NCBI GenBank assembly: GCA_963727485.1
Contig: CAVSGM010000003.1
Span: 143,532-207,531 of the forward strand
Length of the DNA stretch: 64,000 bases
Source: an uncultured delta proteobacterium
GTDB lineage: Bacteria > Myxococcota > Myxococcia > SLRQ01
Direction of reading: 5' to 3'
Every line of letters begins with the position of its first letter. Within the stretch, counting starts at the first letter, position 1. The position numbers and the translations under genes were made by a program. The notes beneath the pieces were generated by a model. That model was not told where the DNA came from and searched no databases. It saw nothing but the letters and a program-made list of their open reading frames with translations. This document shows, one piece after another, positions 40,879 to 55,026 of the stretch.

Positions 40879-41780
40879 AACAGAGGATCAAGCAGCTCTA
40901 CTTCGGCCTCAGCGGCGCCGTGAGGTGGTGCGGGTGTCAATCCCCGCCGAGCCCGAGGGCCAGGCACGGCCCATCTTCATCGTCGGGCTCTATCGCTCAG
41001 GCACCACCTTGCTCCGGTACATGCTCGACAGCCACCCGAACCTCGCCTGTCCCGCCGAGACAGACTTCCTGGCCACCCTGGCTCCGCTGGTCAATCAGGA
41101 GCTTTACCGGACTGGGCTCGAGGCCATGGGATTCGAAAGCGACCACGTCCGGCTGAGACTGCGGCGGTTCATCTCCTACTTTTACGAGAACTATGCCCAG
41201 GCTCGGGGGAAGCAGCGGTGGGTGGACAAGACACCCGCCTATGTCGACCACCTGCCGTTCATCCGGTCGGTGTTCCCGCAGGCCCAGATGTTGCTGCTCT
41301 ATCGGCACCCCTTCGACCAGATCGAGTCGCACACCAGTGGTGGCGCCCGACTGCACTGGTCGTCGAGGGCTACCAGGAGCCCGGGGACACGGTCCGGATG
41401 GCGGCGGCGCGCTACTGGGCGAAGAAGGCGCAGAATATCCTGGACTTCGAGGCCCAGGACGCCGGGTGCCGTCGGCTGCGGGACGAAGACCTCACGGCGG
41501 ATCCCGAGGCGACGCTGGGGCCCCTGCTGGAGTGGCTGGGCGAGCCCTGGGATCCGACGTCCTCGACTTTAGCCGGGTTCGACACTCGGCGGGCCGAGAA
41601 GACAACAAAATCAAGACGACGACCGGTATCGTGGCGAGCGTGGGTAACTGGAGCAGCTGGCCCGCGGAGGAAGTGGCCGCCGTGAGGGAGATGGTGGCGG
41701 GGCCGATGAGCGCCCTTGGCTACGACAGCGAGCTGGTCGCCGCTTCTCGCGGTGGCGCACGCCGAGGACGAGGCCTCTGG
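40875..41780 (+). CDS. Sulfotransferase (PF13469 Sulfotransfer_3-like, PAPS-dependent); about three frameshifts; 3' end uncertain
   Basis: MKQRIKQLYFGLSGAV... then PIFIVGLYRSGTTLLRYMLDSHPNLACPAETDF is the 5'-PSB loop; ...RYWAKKAQNILDF... The start overlaps the wzx stop (ATGA). Confidence 0.65.
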
Positions 41781-42144
41781 ACACGAAGAACACATCCCGA
41801 TTCTCGTACTGGGCAACGCTCGTCGAGGTCTCGTATCCGGGCCGTGGCTCGTCGTTCTGCTCGCCTTCCCTGGCCCAGGGGGTCGGGGTGCGCCTGCTCA
41901 CCGGATTCCTCACGGCATCCGGTCTCTGGTACCTCGTCGGATGGTACGTCCTCACCCGTGAGCTGCTGCGGCCCTACATTCTCTTCTGGGGATCGTCCTG
42001 GCCTTCAACGCGGGCCAGGCGGTGCTCTTCGTCCTGGGGGTCTCGCGCCATGGCTTTCTCTTTCACAGTTCTCCGAGGGTCTAACCCTTGAGACCCTGAC
42101 GCTGGTGGACAATTCGCGGCCCTGCACCTCGGAGCGCTCCTGGC

Positions 42145-43230
42145 GTGGAGATGGAGAGGCGGCCGGTGGACCGCGCCCCCAGGAATCGGATCGACTTCAG
42201 CCATATGCGCACCATCGGCTGGTTGCTGGTGGTGGTATCGGCGCCCTTCGCCGCGGCCGTGCTCTGGAGCCACGTTTCCGACGTGCTCTCGAGCCGGGTA
42301 CTTCTCCATCTTCCGGGGCTCCTCGCCCACCGGCGTGCTGGCCGCCCGGTACGTGCTGGCGCCTCTGCTGCTCCCGGGGATCCTCCTGGTGGTGGCGGCC
42401 TCTCCCGAGCTCCCCCGACTCCGCCAGGTGCTCGCGGGGGTGACCCTCGCCTACGTGCTGGTGCTGTTGTTCATCGGCTCCCGGGGTGCCGCCGCCCGAG
42501 ACGCTCTGGCCTTCGCCTGGGTCTGGCCGGCGACGGTGAAACGCCACTCCACGGCCATGATAGTCGCCGTGGGGAGGTCGTGTCCTGGTTCTCTTCCCCG
42601 TCATCGGGGTGATGCGCGATGCGCCAGGGCACGAGCGCCTCTCTGCGGACTACGTGGTCAACGTCCTCTCGGAGGTGAACGATCCGGCACAGCGCAGCCT
42701 CTCCGAATCGGTGGGACAATGCAGACGGTCGCTTGGACCTTGGAGCCGGTGCCCGAGGAGCGACCGTTCTCCTACGGCGTCGAGTATGCCTACGCCATGC
42801 TCGCCGTGGTGCCGAACCTGGGGTGGAGCATCCACCCCTCCGAGGTTCACGCCCGGCCCGAGCGGTGGCTGACCCGCGAGGTCGCGCCGACCATAGCCCG
42901 CAAGGGTGGGTCGATTGGCTACTCCTTCCTCGCCGAGGCCTATCTGAACTTCGGCCCCGTGGGCGCCTGCCTCGTGCTCTTCCTGCTCGGCGCGGCGGTG
43001 GTGCGTCTCGACCGCTGGGCCACCGGCGAGCCCGGCGCCCCGAGGGCCGCGCGGATGCGTGGCGGCCGCCTCGCTCTTTCCCTTCCTCCTGGTCTTCCCT
43101 CGAGCCGAGGCAACCACCGTGGTGCGCGGGCTGGCATGGTACAGCGTCGCCCCCTACCTGCTGATCCTGGTGTTCCAGCAGATGTCAGACGGCTGGCCCC
43201 GGGGGGGGCGAGGCAGGCAGCGAGGCGTCG
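42145..43230 (+). pseudogene. wzy: Wzy-like O-antigen/EPS polymerase membrane protein, heavily fragmented by indels
   Basis: MRTIGWLLVVVSAPFAAAVLW..., VLAPLLLPGILLVVAASPE..., ...SYGVEYAYAMLAVVPNLGWSIHP...GGSIGYSFLAEAYLNFGPVGACLVLFLLGAAVV... is polytopic and its C-terminal pattern is Wzy-like. A further ~100-aa membrane fragment at 41790-42088 ends in an in-frame stop. Confidence 0.45.
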
Positions 43231-43340
43231 AGCAGACGCCATTCGGGCCGGCTACCTCGGGCGGAGACGCGATCCCTGACGGCGGCGTCCGCCGCGAACC
43301 GCCGAACCTCCTTCATCCCTCCTCTCCGGCTCCAACTCAC

Positions 43341-44459
43341 GTGCGTGTCCTCCACATCCTCGGATCGCTCGACCACGGTGGCGCAGAGCGCTGGCTCCTC
43401 GACATGCTCCCGGCGCTAGCGCAGGCGGGGGTCCACTCGGACTTCCTCCTGCACACCCCGAACAAGGGCGCCTACGAGGACGAAGTGCGGCGCCTTGGCG
43501 CCCGGGTCCACCGGGTCACCGACTTCTCCCGGCCAGTGAGCTACGCACGCGCCCTGCGCCGGATCCTCTGCGCAGGTACGGGACCTACGACGCCGTCCAC
43601 AGCCACGTACACTACTTCAGCGGCCTGCCGCTGATGGTCGCCGCGGAGGCCGGCGTTGCCGCCCGGGTGGCCCACTCGCACATCGACCGGCGCCGGGCCG
43701 AGTCGGGGGCCGCGCTCCGGCGATGCGCCTACCTGGTCGGCGCCAGGAGGCTGATCCGGTTGACGGCCACCCGTGGCCTGGCGGCCAGCCGCCTCGCCGC
43801 AGACGACCTCTTCGGCCGGCACTGGGAAGGCGACCCGCGCTTCGGGATCAGCCACTGCTCGGTCGACGTGGCGCGGATGCGCCCGACCCGCCCGCCCGTC
43901 GAGCTGCGCCGCGCCCTCGGCCTGCCCGGCGAGGGCCGGGTGGCAATCGCAAGTGGGCAACTTCGCCGGCGCCAAGAACCAGGAGTTCACCCTCACCGTG
44001 GCTCGCGAGGCGAAGGCCAGCGGCCGGCCCTTCACCTTCCTCCTCGTGGGAGACGGTCCCCGGCGAGTGGAGATCGAGGCGGCGGCGAGCCGGGACGGAC
44101 TGGACGACCGGGTCCGGTTCCTGGGGCTGCGGGACGATGTCCCCAATCTCCTCGTGGCATCGGACATCCTCCTCCTGCCCTCGCTCTTCGAGGGCCTGCC
44201 CATCATTGGCCTCGAGGCGCAGGCGTTGGGGTTGCCCATCCTCGCCTCGGACCAGGTCACCACCGAGCTGGCGGTGGGGCCCGGCTGGGTGACCCACCTG
44301 CCGCTGGCGTTGGGGCCGGCCATCTGGCTCGACCGGCTGGGCGAGCTGGCGCGGGAGAAGCGACCGCTGGACGAGGCCCGCGAGGTCTTCGAGCAGAGCG
44401 ACTTCTCGGTGAGCGCTGGGGTTGGCCGCCTCCGCGAGGCCTACGGCCGCCCCACCTAG
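43341..44459 (+). CDS. GT4-family glycosyltransferase (group 1), several frameshifts
   Basis: VRVLHILGSLDHGGAERWLLDM... N-terminal Rossmann domain. C-terminal ...LLVGDGPRRVEIEAAASRDGLDDRVRFLGLRDDVPNLLVASDILLLPSLFEGLPIIGLEAQALGLPILASD... is the EX7E-type motif region. Confidence 0.65.
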
Positions 44460-44508
44460 CGCGGGTCTCCGTCCGCGTAGTCCGGACGCATTCCACCAAT
44501 AGGATCCC

Positions 44509-45712
44509 GTGAAGCTCACCATTGCATTGGAGGCCCGGTTCCAGAGGGCGCCCGATGGCTCCTACTGGTCCGACGGCCCCTTCGGCGTGGACTTCTGGTC
44601 GAGGTACCAGGCGGTGTTCGACGAGTTGGAGGTGGTGGCCCGGGCGCGCCCTGTCGACCGCGTCGCGGCCAACAGCGTCCGGAGCGACGGCCCCGGGATC
44701 GCGCTTCCTGCCCTTGTCCCACTACCTCGGACCCGCCGAGTTCCTCCGGGCGGCACCGGGGATCCAGATGGAGATGCACGCCGTCGCCGCGCGGGCGCAG
44801 GCGGTGATCGCCCGGGTCCCGGGTCAGGTCGGGACCAGCTTGCTGTGGGCCCTGCGTCTGCGTCGCCACCCGTATGGCGTCGAGGTCGTCGGGGATCCCC
44901 ACGACGTGTTCGCGCCCGGCGCGGTCCGCCATCCCCTGCGGCGACTGTTCCGGTGGCAGGGCTCGCGTGCCCTGCGCCGACAGTGCGTCGAGTCCGCCTG
45001 CGCCTCCTACGTGACCGAGCGGACGCTGCAGGCGCGCTACCCAGCCGGAGCCCCGAGGCCAGCCACGCTTGCATCGACCTCGCCGACGACGTGATCGGAT
45101 GTGGCGCCAGCGCCCAACGCGTCGCCGGCGACGAAGCCTTCCGCGTGGTCTATGTGGGGAGTCTCGAACAGCTCTACAAAGCCCCGGACGTGCTGCTCCA
45201 CGCGATCCACCGCTGCCGGCAGGCGGGTCTCCGGGCGCGGCTGACACTCGTGGGCGGGGGGAAGTACCGGCCGGAGCTCGAGCGTCTGGCTGGCCGCCTT
45301 GGCCTGGGGTCGGAGGTCCAGTTCCTCGGTCAGCTCAAGCCCGGTGACGCAGTGCGGGCGCAGCTCCTCGCGGCGGACCTCTTCGTGCTCCCGTCGAGGA
45401 CCGAGGGGCTGCCCCGGGCGATGATCGAGGCGATGGCCTGCGGCCTGCCGTGCATCGGGTCCCGGGTGGGCGGCATCCCCGAGCTGCTCCCCCCGGAGAT
45501 GTTGGTGCCGCCGGGCGATGCCGAGGCCCTCGCACGGCGAGATCCTGGAGCTGGCGGCCAACCCGGAGCGGCTGGCGGCGGAGGGGCGGCGGAACCTCGA
45601 GGCCGTGGAGCGCTTCCGCCCCGAACGCCTGCGGGTGGCCCGGGAGCGGTTCTACGACGACCTCAAGGGGAGAACCGCGGCCTGGGCGGCGGAGCGAGGG
45701 ATGCGCTGGTGA
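44509..45712 (+). CDS. GT4-family glycosyltransferase (second), about three frameshifts
   Basis: MKLTIALEARFQRAPDGSYWSDGPF... and ...VVYVGSLEQLYKAPDVLLHA...LTLVGGGKYRPELERLAGRLGLGSEVQFLGQL...FVLPSRTEGLPRAMIEAMACGLPCIGSRVGGIPELL... Confidence 0.65.
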
Positions 45713-46851
45713 GGGTGCTGCACCTGCTGAAGACCTCCGTGGGGGCCACCTGGGCCCTGCGCCAGATTGACGTGCTGGTGAAGCGCGGGGTCGAGGTCCA
45801 CGTAGCACTGCCTTCCGGCGGCCCAATGGTCGGGCGCTACACGTCCCGGGGTGCGACGGAGCATCTGCTCCAGACGGCGCTGCCGGTGCGACGGCCCTGG
45901 GAGGCACCGTCGGTGCTCCGGGGGCTCGCGCGGCTCGTCGACGAGGTCAAGCCCGACATCATCCACAGCCACTTCGTGGCCACCACCCTGTCCATGCGCC
46001 TCGCCCCCTACCGGCGCCGGTCCACGCCTCGGATCTTCCAGGTGCCCGGGCCGTTGCACCTGGAGCACTGGCCCTTCAGGAAGGCCGAGGTCCTGGTCTG
46101 GCCGGGACTCCGGACTATTGGGTCGCCGCCTGCGAGTGGACCCGGCGCACCTATCTGTCGGAGGGCATCCCGGCAGACCGCGTCCTGCTCTCCTACTACG
46201 GCGCCGACAACGAGCAGTTCCTGAATCGTCGGCGCCGGGGCCTGCGGTCCGAGCTGGGGCTGGCCGGCGGGACGCCCGCCTGGTGGGCATGGTCGCCCAC
46301 ATCTACGGGCCGAAGCGCTACCTGTTGCAGCGCCGGGGACTCAAGGGGCATGAGGACCTCTTTGGCGCCATCGCGCGACTGCAGGGGCGGTGGCCGGACC
46401 TCTACGCCCTGGTGGTCGGCGGCGCCTGGGCCGGGGCCGAAGACTACGAGCGCAACTTGCGACAGGAGGCGCGGCGCAGCTGCGGGGACCGGTATCCCTT
46501 CCTCGGTCCGCGCCGGGACGTGGCCGACCTCTACCCGGAGTTCGACGTGGCGGTGCACCCCTCGTTGAGCGAGAACGTCGGGGGGGCCGTCGAGTCCCTG
46601 GTGGCCGGGATTCCGACCATCGCCACCCGGGTCGGCGGCTTTCCCGACCTGGTGCGCGACGGCGAGACGGGCTGGCTGGTGCCGCCGCGGGACCCCTGAG
46701 CGCCTGGCCCGGGCCATCCAGGCGGCGCTCCGCGATCCGGAGGAGGCGGCGCGGAGGGCCCGGGCCGGTCGGGCGCTGGCGCTGCAAATGTTCGATGTCG
46801 AGGCGAACACGCAGACGATCCTCGAGCTGTATCGCCGACTCGTGGGGTAGC
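45709..46851 (+). CDS. GT4-family glycosyltransferase (third), about three frameshifts; GTG start overlaps previous stop
   Basis: VRVLHLLKTSVGATWALRQIDVLVKRGVEVHVALPS... and ...LYALVVGGAWAGAEDYERNLRQEARR...FDVAVHPSLSENVGGAVESLVAGIPTIATRVGGFPDLVRDGETGWLVPPRDP... Confidence 0.65.
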
Positions 46852-46866
46852 CGGGAGACGGGTCGC

Positions 46867-47440
46867 ATGAAGCAGAGAGGCTGGAGACTTCGGGCAAAGC
46901 GGACCCTGGACGCCGCGACCGCAGCGGTGGGCCTGTCTGGCCACCGCGCCGGTGACCACCGGCGTCGCCCTGTCCATCTGGGCCACCATGGGGAGGCCCA
47001 TCCTCTTTCGCCAGCAGCGGCCCGGCCGGGCCGGGAGGCCCTTCCACCTCCTCAAGTTCCGGACCATGTCCGCCGATGGAGACCAGGATGCCGGCGCACG
47101 ACGAGGCCCGCCTCACGCCCCTGGGTCGAGTGCTCCGGGCCACCAGCCTCGACGAGCTGCCGGAGCTGTGGAATGTCCTCACGGGGAGCTGAGCCTGGTC
47201 GGGCCGCGGCCGTGCTCATGCGAGTAGCTCAAACGGTACTCCATCGAGCAGGCGCGACGGCACGAGCTGAAACCTGGGATTACGGGGTGGGCCCAGATAA
47301 CGGTCGCGATGCCATCCCCTGGCCGAGAAGTTCGAGCTCGACGTCTGGTACGTCGACACCGGATCCTCTCGCTCGACTCGGATCCTGGTCAAGACCGTCT
47401 GGCAGGTGTTCGCGCGCGGGGCATCTCCAGAGCGGGGCAG
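46867..47440 (+). pseudogene. Small bacterial sugar transferase (PF02397; PglC/WbaP-C-like initiating phosphoglycosyltransferase), at least four frameshifts
   Basis: MKQRGWRLRAKRTLDAATAAVGLS..., ...ALSIWATMGRPILFRQQRPGRAGRPFHLLKFRTMSADG..., ...[22 protein letters not shown]..., ...KFELDVWYVD... are each in a different frame. Confidence 0.6.
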
Positions 47441-47443
47441 ACG

Positions 47444-48098
47444 ATGCCGGAGTTTTTGGGGAGCCCGGGACCCGGTGCGGGTAGTCGATAATCAAGGGAC
47501 GGGAGGGGCACACGGCGTCGTGGCGACGGCAAGGTTGAGGCCTAGGAGGCGCACCCGCCGGTCGTGCGGCCTGGGATCCTGGATGACGGGACGAACCTCG
47601 GGGACCCGGTCCTGGGGACCCGGTCCTCGGGGGACTGGACGCCCTCGGCAGCCGACCCCCATGACGCGGTGGGTCTCGTGGTCGGTGATAACGCCCGCCT
47701 GGGCTTGATTTACGAAATGGTTCGCCGCCACTGGTGAGGTCGCTACCCTCGTCCACCCGGCGGCGGTCCGAGTCGGCCGAGCTCGGCCAGGAGGCATGGC
47801 TCTCGCTCAGGCGGTGGTCCATCCGGAAGCCGTGGTCGGCAGACGCGCAATCGTCAACACGGCGTCTAGCGTCGATCACCACGCTGGGGTTGGCGTCCTT
47901 CGCCCGTCGCCCCTGAGCGCCATGGCGTCGGCGGCACCGTGGGGGACGGTAGCGGAGCTCGGGCATCGGCGCATACCTCCTTCCCGGGTGCACGTCGGTG
48001 CTCACTCGATCGTCGGGGCCGGGGCGGCGGTGGTAAGGAACATCCCCGGGAACGTCGTCGCCGTCGGGGTGCCGGCGCGGGTGGTGCGCGAGCTTTGA
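47444..48098 (+). CDS. Hexapeptide-repeat sugar N-acetyltransferase (PglD/NeuD/WbbJ-like), at least two frameshifts
   Basis: VRVVDNQGTGGAHGVVATARL is the GxGGHA-type N-terminal motif. The C-terminal left-handed helix reads ...VVHPEAVVGRRAIVNTASSVDHH... and ...VGAHSIVGAGAAVVRNIPGNVVAVGVPARVVREL. Confidence 0.55.
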
Positions 48099-48163
48099 CC
48101 GGCCGGGCACGCCAGGAGGCCGCGCGAACCGCGAATGCGGGCGGAGCGAGGGAGCCTAGAGGT

Positions 48164-49330
<1,167 letters not shown>

Positions 49331-49404
49331 CCAGCTCGCTGCATCGGCAACGCCGCTTTCCGACCCTCCCCGGTACTGGGCGTGGTCGCCACCTAGGTCA
49401 AATC

Positions 49405-51363
49405 ATGGCAGTACGTGACGAAGACCACGCCAATAGCCAGTCCATGGGCCGGCCCCAACAGCCTCTGGCGGTACCTCAACAGTGCTTCCCGCGTTGCCAT
49501 CGATTTCCTCGTGCTGTCGGTCGCGTTCTGGCTCGCGTTCCTCTTTCGATTTGGGCTTCGGCTCGACCTCGACCAGGTCAAGCTCCTGTTCTTCACTTTG
49601 CCCTACGTCGTGATTCTGGAGTACGTGGTCCTGGTGGCTCTTCGGGGTGCCGCGCTTCTCCTGGCGCTACGTCGGGCTCCGCGAGGTCGACCCGATCGCC
49701 GCTGGCGACTGCGACCTCCACTGCCGTGCTTGGTGGCCTTCGCGCCCTGCCTCGGGCCACTCGGCAGCCTCCGCGCACGTTCGTGGTGCGTCCCCCTCGG
49801 GGTCCTCGCGTGAACTTCTTCCTGGCGCTTCCTGGGCATCGTCGGGGTGGCGATGCTCCGGCGGATCCCCGGCGAGCGGGCGCTGCGCGCCAACGCGGGG
49901 CCACGGGGACGCGTCAGGAAGTCGCCGACGATCCTCGTCGGTGCCGGCGAGGCGGGCGTACATGGTGGCCAAGGAGCTGGCATGACCGCCCCGACCTGGG
50001 CATTCGGCCGTGGGCTTCCTCGACGACGACACCCTCAAGGTTGGCACCGTTGTGCACGGCCTGCCGGTGCTCGGCACCACCGCGGAGCCTCCCGAAGATT
50101 GCGAGAGCACGACGCGGCCAGCAGGCCCTGATCACCATGGCGAGCGCTCCCGGCGCGGCCATCCGCCGCATCACCGACACCTTGCCGGCGGGCGCGGGCT
50201 CCCCACGAAGATCATCCCCGGGCTCTACGAGATCGTGGGCGGCCGGGTCAATCTCGCCCGAATCCGCGAGTGGCCATCGAGGACCTGCTGGGCCGCGAGC
50301 CGGTGGAGCTCGACGAGACGGCCGATCGCCGGGAGGTCCGAGGGCAAGGTGGTCCTGGTCACCGGGGCCGGCGGCAGCATCGGCTCCGAGCTGTGCCGGC
50401 AGGTCTGCCGCGTTCGGGCCCGCCGGTCCTGCTGGTGGAGCACGCCGAGAACACCCTCTTCCACATCCACCGCGAGCTGGTGGACGGCTACCCCGACTCA
50501 CGATCGTCCCTGCATCGCCGACATCACCGACAGCAGCGGATGAGGCGATCTTCGAGGCCCAGCGGCCCTGAGGTGGTCTTCCACGCCGCCGCCCACAAGC
50601 ACGTGCCGATGATGGAGTGGAACCCGGGCGAGGCGATCAAGAACAACGTCTTCGGCACCGGCGCCTGGCCGAGCTGGCGCACAGCGCGGGGTGCGGGAGC
50701 TTCGTGATGATCTCCACCGACAAGGCGGTGAACCCCACAGCGTCATGGGCGCGACCAAGCGGGCGGCCGAGATGTACATGCAGGCGCTCGCCCAGCGCAG
50801 CCAGACCCGGTTCGTGACCGTGCGCTTCGGCAACGTGCTCGGGCTCGGCGGGCAGCGTGATCCCGATCTTCAAGGAGCAGATTGCCAGGGGCGGGCCGGT
50901 CACCGTCACCCACCCGGAGATGCCGCGCTACTTCATGACCATCCCCGAGGCCTGCCAGCTCGTGCTGCAGGCCGGCCGCATGGGGCGACGGCGGGGAGAT
51001 TTCATCCTCGACATGGGCGAGCCGGTGAAGATCGTCGATCTGGCGAAGGACCTCATCCGGCTCTCCGGGTTCGAGCCCGAGAAAGATATCGAAATTGCCT
51101 TCAGCGGTATCCGGCCGGGCGAGAAGCTCTTCGAGGAGCTCTCCGTCAACGGCGAGAACGCCGACAAGACGGTGCACCCCAAGATTTTCGTCGGCCGGCT
51201 AGGGGCACATGCCCTGCCGGTCGTCGAGGCCGGCCTGCGACGGCTGCGCGAGGCGGCCGAGCTGGGCGACCCGTCGAAGGTACGATTGGCGCTTGGGGAC
51301 CTGGTTCAGGAGTACGCTGGCGCTGGCGCGCCCCCCCGCGTCGCCTCGACGGGAAATGAGTAG
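49405..51363 (+). pseudogene. Membrane-anchored CapD/PglF-like UDP-sugar 4,6-dehydratase (polysaccharide biosynthesis protein), densely frameshifted
   Basis: The N-terminal TM region reads NSLWRYLNSASRVAIDFLVLSVAFWLAFLFRFGL...VFWLFGVPRFSWRYVGL. Later segments are [19 protein letters not shown] (Rossmann), [30 protein letters not shown], and the C-terminal ...GGPVTVTHPEMPRYFMTIPEACQLVLQAG...PGEKLFEEL.... They span at least eight frame segments. Confidence 0.6.
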
Positions 51364-51399
51364 CCAGCGGCATCGGCCGCGGAAACGTAGGAAACGAAG

Positions 51400-53621
51400 A
51401 TGGAAGCAGGTGACAAGGCACTCGCCACCTCGGGCGCCGCCCAGAAGGTAGAGCCCGTCGACCTTCGGCGGTAATTCCTCGGCGTCGCCCGGATGCGGAT
51501 TCGGGGAATCGTCGCCATCTTCGCTTGCGTTGTGGCGGCGGCGACGGTGTGGGTCCTGAAGCAGCCGCGGATTTACGAGGCGACAACCTCGGTGGTCATC
51601 GATCCGATGCCTCCCCGGGCCCTTAAAGAACGTATCCGACGTGGTCGAGATTGGTGCCGGAAACTACTGGGCGACCAAGGAGTTCTACGAGACCGAGTAC
51701 AAGATCATCCAGAGCCGGGAGGTCTGCCAGCGGGTGGTCGACAAACTGGGGCTGGCAAAGGACCCTGCGTTCCTGGGCCTCGACAAGATCAAGGATCCCG
51801 ACCAGCGCGCCGCGCTGCGGAAGCTGGTCGACCCGGTCGCGCGCCTCCAGAGCATGATCCGGGTGGTCCCGGTCAGGGACTCCCGGATGGTGCTGGTGAG
51901 CGTCATGGACACCGACCCCAAGCGGGCCGCATTGCTGTCGACGAGTGTAGCCGAGGAGTACCGCGAGGAGAACCTCGCCCGGCGCGTCGAGGGCACGGGC
52001 AGCGTGGTGGACTGGCTGGAGCAGCAGCTCGGTGACCTCAAGCCGCGGCTCGAGGCCAGCGAGATGGCACTCTACGACTACCGAAAGCGCAATGACATGC
52101 TTACCGCCTCGCTGGAGGATCGGCGGAGCATTGTTTCGCAGAAGCTATTGGACCTGAATCGTGCTCTCACGGACATGGAGTCCAGGCGAATCCAGCTCGA
52201 GTCCAAGGTTGAGGAGATTAAGCGTCTCCGGTCTGCGGCGAAGGGGGACCAGTCGGCATTCGATAGCCTGCCCGAGGTCTCGAGCAGCCTCCTGATCGAG
52301 AAGCTCAAGGAGTCCCTCTCCGCACGTCTCCAGGACTATGCTCAGCTGCGGGAGCGCTATGGCGACAAGCATCCGAAGTTGGTCGCCGCCAAGGAGGCGT
52401 TGGCCGCTGCCCGAAAGGCCCTGTCCCGCGAGGTCCAGTACATCATCGGCGGCATCGAAGCCCAATACCGGGAGACCACGGACGCCGAGGCAGGCACCGA
52501 GCGCCTTCTGAAGAGGGTGAAGGCGGAGGCTTTCGAGCTCAACAAGAAGGCGATCGGGTACGACCGGCTGGAGCGGGAGAAGAAGGACAACGAGCGCCTC
52601 TACAACATGGTCCTGGAACGGACGAAGGAGGCCAACCTCTCCGGGCAGCAGCGGACCAACAACGTACGGATTGTCGATGCGGCCCTGGTTCCCCGGGGCC
52701 CAGTGCGTCCTCGGGTCCTGGTCGACATGGTGGTGGCCAGCGTCCTGGCGTTGCTGCTGGCCCTTGGCTACGCCTTTGTTCGTGAGTATCTGGACGCCAC
52801 CATCAAGAACAAGGAGGAAGTGGAGACGGATTTGGGCTTGCCGTTCCTGGGCCTCATTCCGCTCGTGCGCGAGCGCTTCACCGGGGAATCCTCGCGGGAG
52901 GTGGATCTCCACGTCCTCCTCAACCCCCAAGGTCAGGCCGCGGAGGCGTGTCGGGCAATCCGCACGAATCTCCTCTTCATGTCGCCGGAGCGACCGCTGA
53001 AACGGTTGGTGGTGACCTCCGCGGGCCCCCGGGAGGGCAAGACCACGACGGTCGTCGACCTCGGCGTCGTCATGTCGACAGGTGGCGCCTCCGTGGTGCT
53101 GGTCGACACGGACATGCGGCGGCCCCGGCTGCACAAGGTGTTCGGCCTCCCGGCGGACATCGGTCTCTCCAGCGTCATCCTCGGCGAGGCCACCCTCGAC
53201 GAGGCGATCTGCGCTACGGAGGTGCCCGGGCTCTTCGTCCTGCCCTGCGGGCCGGTTCCACCAAACCCCGCCGAGCTCCTGCATACCGAGCGCTTTGCCC
53301 GCACCCTGGACGAGCTCGCCACCCGCTACGACCGGACCATCCTCGACTCGCCCCCGGTCGGGGCCGTGGCCGACGCCAAGGTCCTGGCGGTGGCGGCCGA
53401 CGGTGTCCTGCTGGTCGTGAGGTCCCATAAGACCTCCCGGGACATGGTAGCCCAGGCGGCCGACTCGGTCCTCGAGGTCAACGGAAGGATTCTGGGCGTC
53501 ATCCTCAACCAGGTGAACCTGGAAGGTCCACAAGATGCAGGCTACTACTCGACCGTACTATCGGCAGAACTGCTTAGACGAGGCGCCGGGCACCGGCAAC
53601 GGGGTGGCAAGCGATGCCTAG
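51400..53621 (+). CDS. wzc: Wzc-type polysaccharide co-polymerase fused to a BY-kinase (tyrosine autokinase) domain; about three frameshifts
   Basis: The ATG at 51400 is preceded by aggaaacg. The N-terminal TM reads IVAIFACVVAAATVWVLKQPRIYEATTSVVID. There is a long periplasmic coiled-coil region and a second TM (VLVDMVVASVLALLLALGYAFV). The Walker A motif is VVTSAGPREGKTTTVVDLG; Walker A'/B are VVLVDTDMRRP and ...ILDSPPVG.... With a last frame correction the tail is Tyr-rich (GYYS..PYYRQ). Confidence 0.75.
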
Positions 53622-53654
53622 GTCGTACCCCTGCTCGGGCACGGAGAGGCGGCG

Positions 53655-54065
53655 GTGGAGGTGACGGCACTGCTCATCCAGGACATCATGACCCCGGACC
53701 CCACCTGCGTCACCGCGGCCACCACCACCGCCGACGCCCGGGCGCAGATGGAGCCCTCGGCTGCCGGCACCTCCCGGTCCTCGACGGCGCCACCCTCGCG
53801 GGCATCATCACCCATCGGGACCTCAACCGCCCGCGGCGAGACGGTCGGCGACCTCATGTCGCGCGACCTCATCACCGCCAAGCCGACCCTCCGCGTCGAC
53901 GCCGCCGCCGCCACCATGGCGGTCCACAAGGTCGGCTGCCTCCCGGTCGTCGAGAACGGCCGCCTGGTCGGCATCGTCACCACCTACGACCTCCTCGACG
54001 CCCTGGTGAAGTGGCTGCGCAGCCAGCTGCCCGCCGACGTGGACCCTGAGGGCACCCCGTACTAG
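53655..54065 (+). CDS. CBS-pair domain protein, about two frameshifts
   Basis: LIQDIMTPDPTCVTAATT... and ...VGDLMSRDLITAKPTLRVDAAAATMAVHKVGCLPVVENGRLVGIVTTYDLLDAL are two CBS motifs. Confidence 0.55.
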   Translation: MEVTALLIQDIMTPDPTCVTAATTTADARAQMEPSAAGTSRSSTAPPSRASSPIGTSTARGETVGDLMSRDLITAKPTLRVDAAAATMAVHKVGCLPVVENGRLVGIVTTYDLLDALVKWLRSQLPADVDPEGTPY

Positions 54066-54077
54066 GTTCCGGGCACC

Positions 54078-55010
<933 letters not shown>

Positions 55011-55026
55011 GCGCCGGCGACCCGCC

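Noticed and set aside
41790-42088. ~100-aa membrane-like ORF fragment between the sulfotransferase and the Wzy-like gene
   Set aside because: It could be the N-terminal part of the Wzy-like gene separated by an indel-generated stop, or the disrupted tail of the sulfotransferase. The frames cannot be reconciled confidently, so it is not listed as a separate gene.
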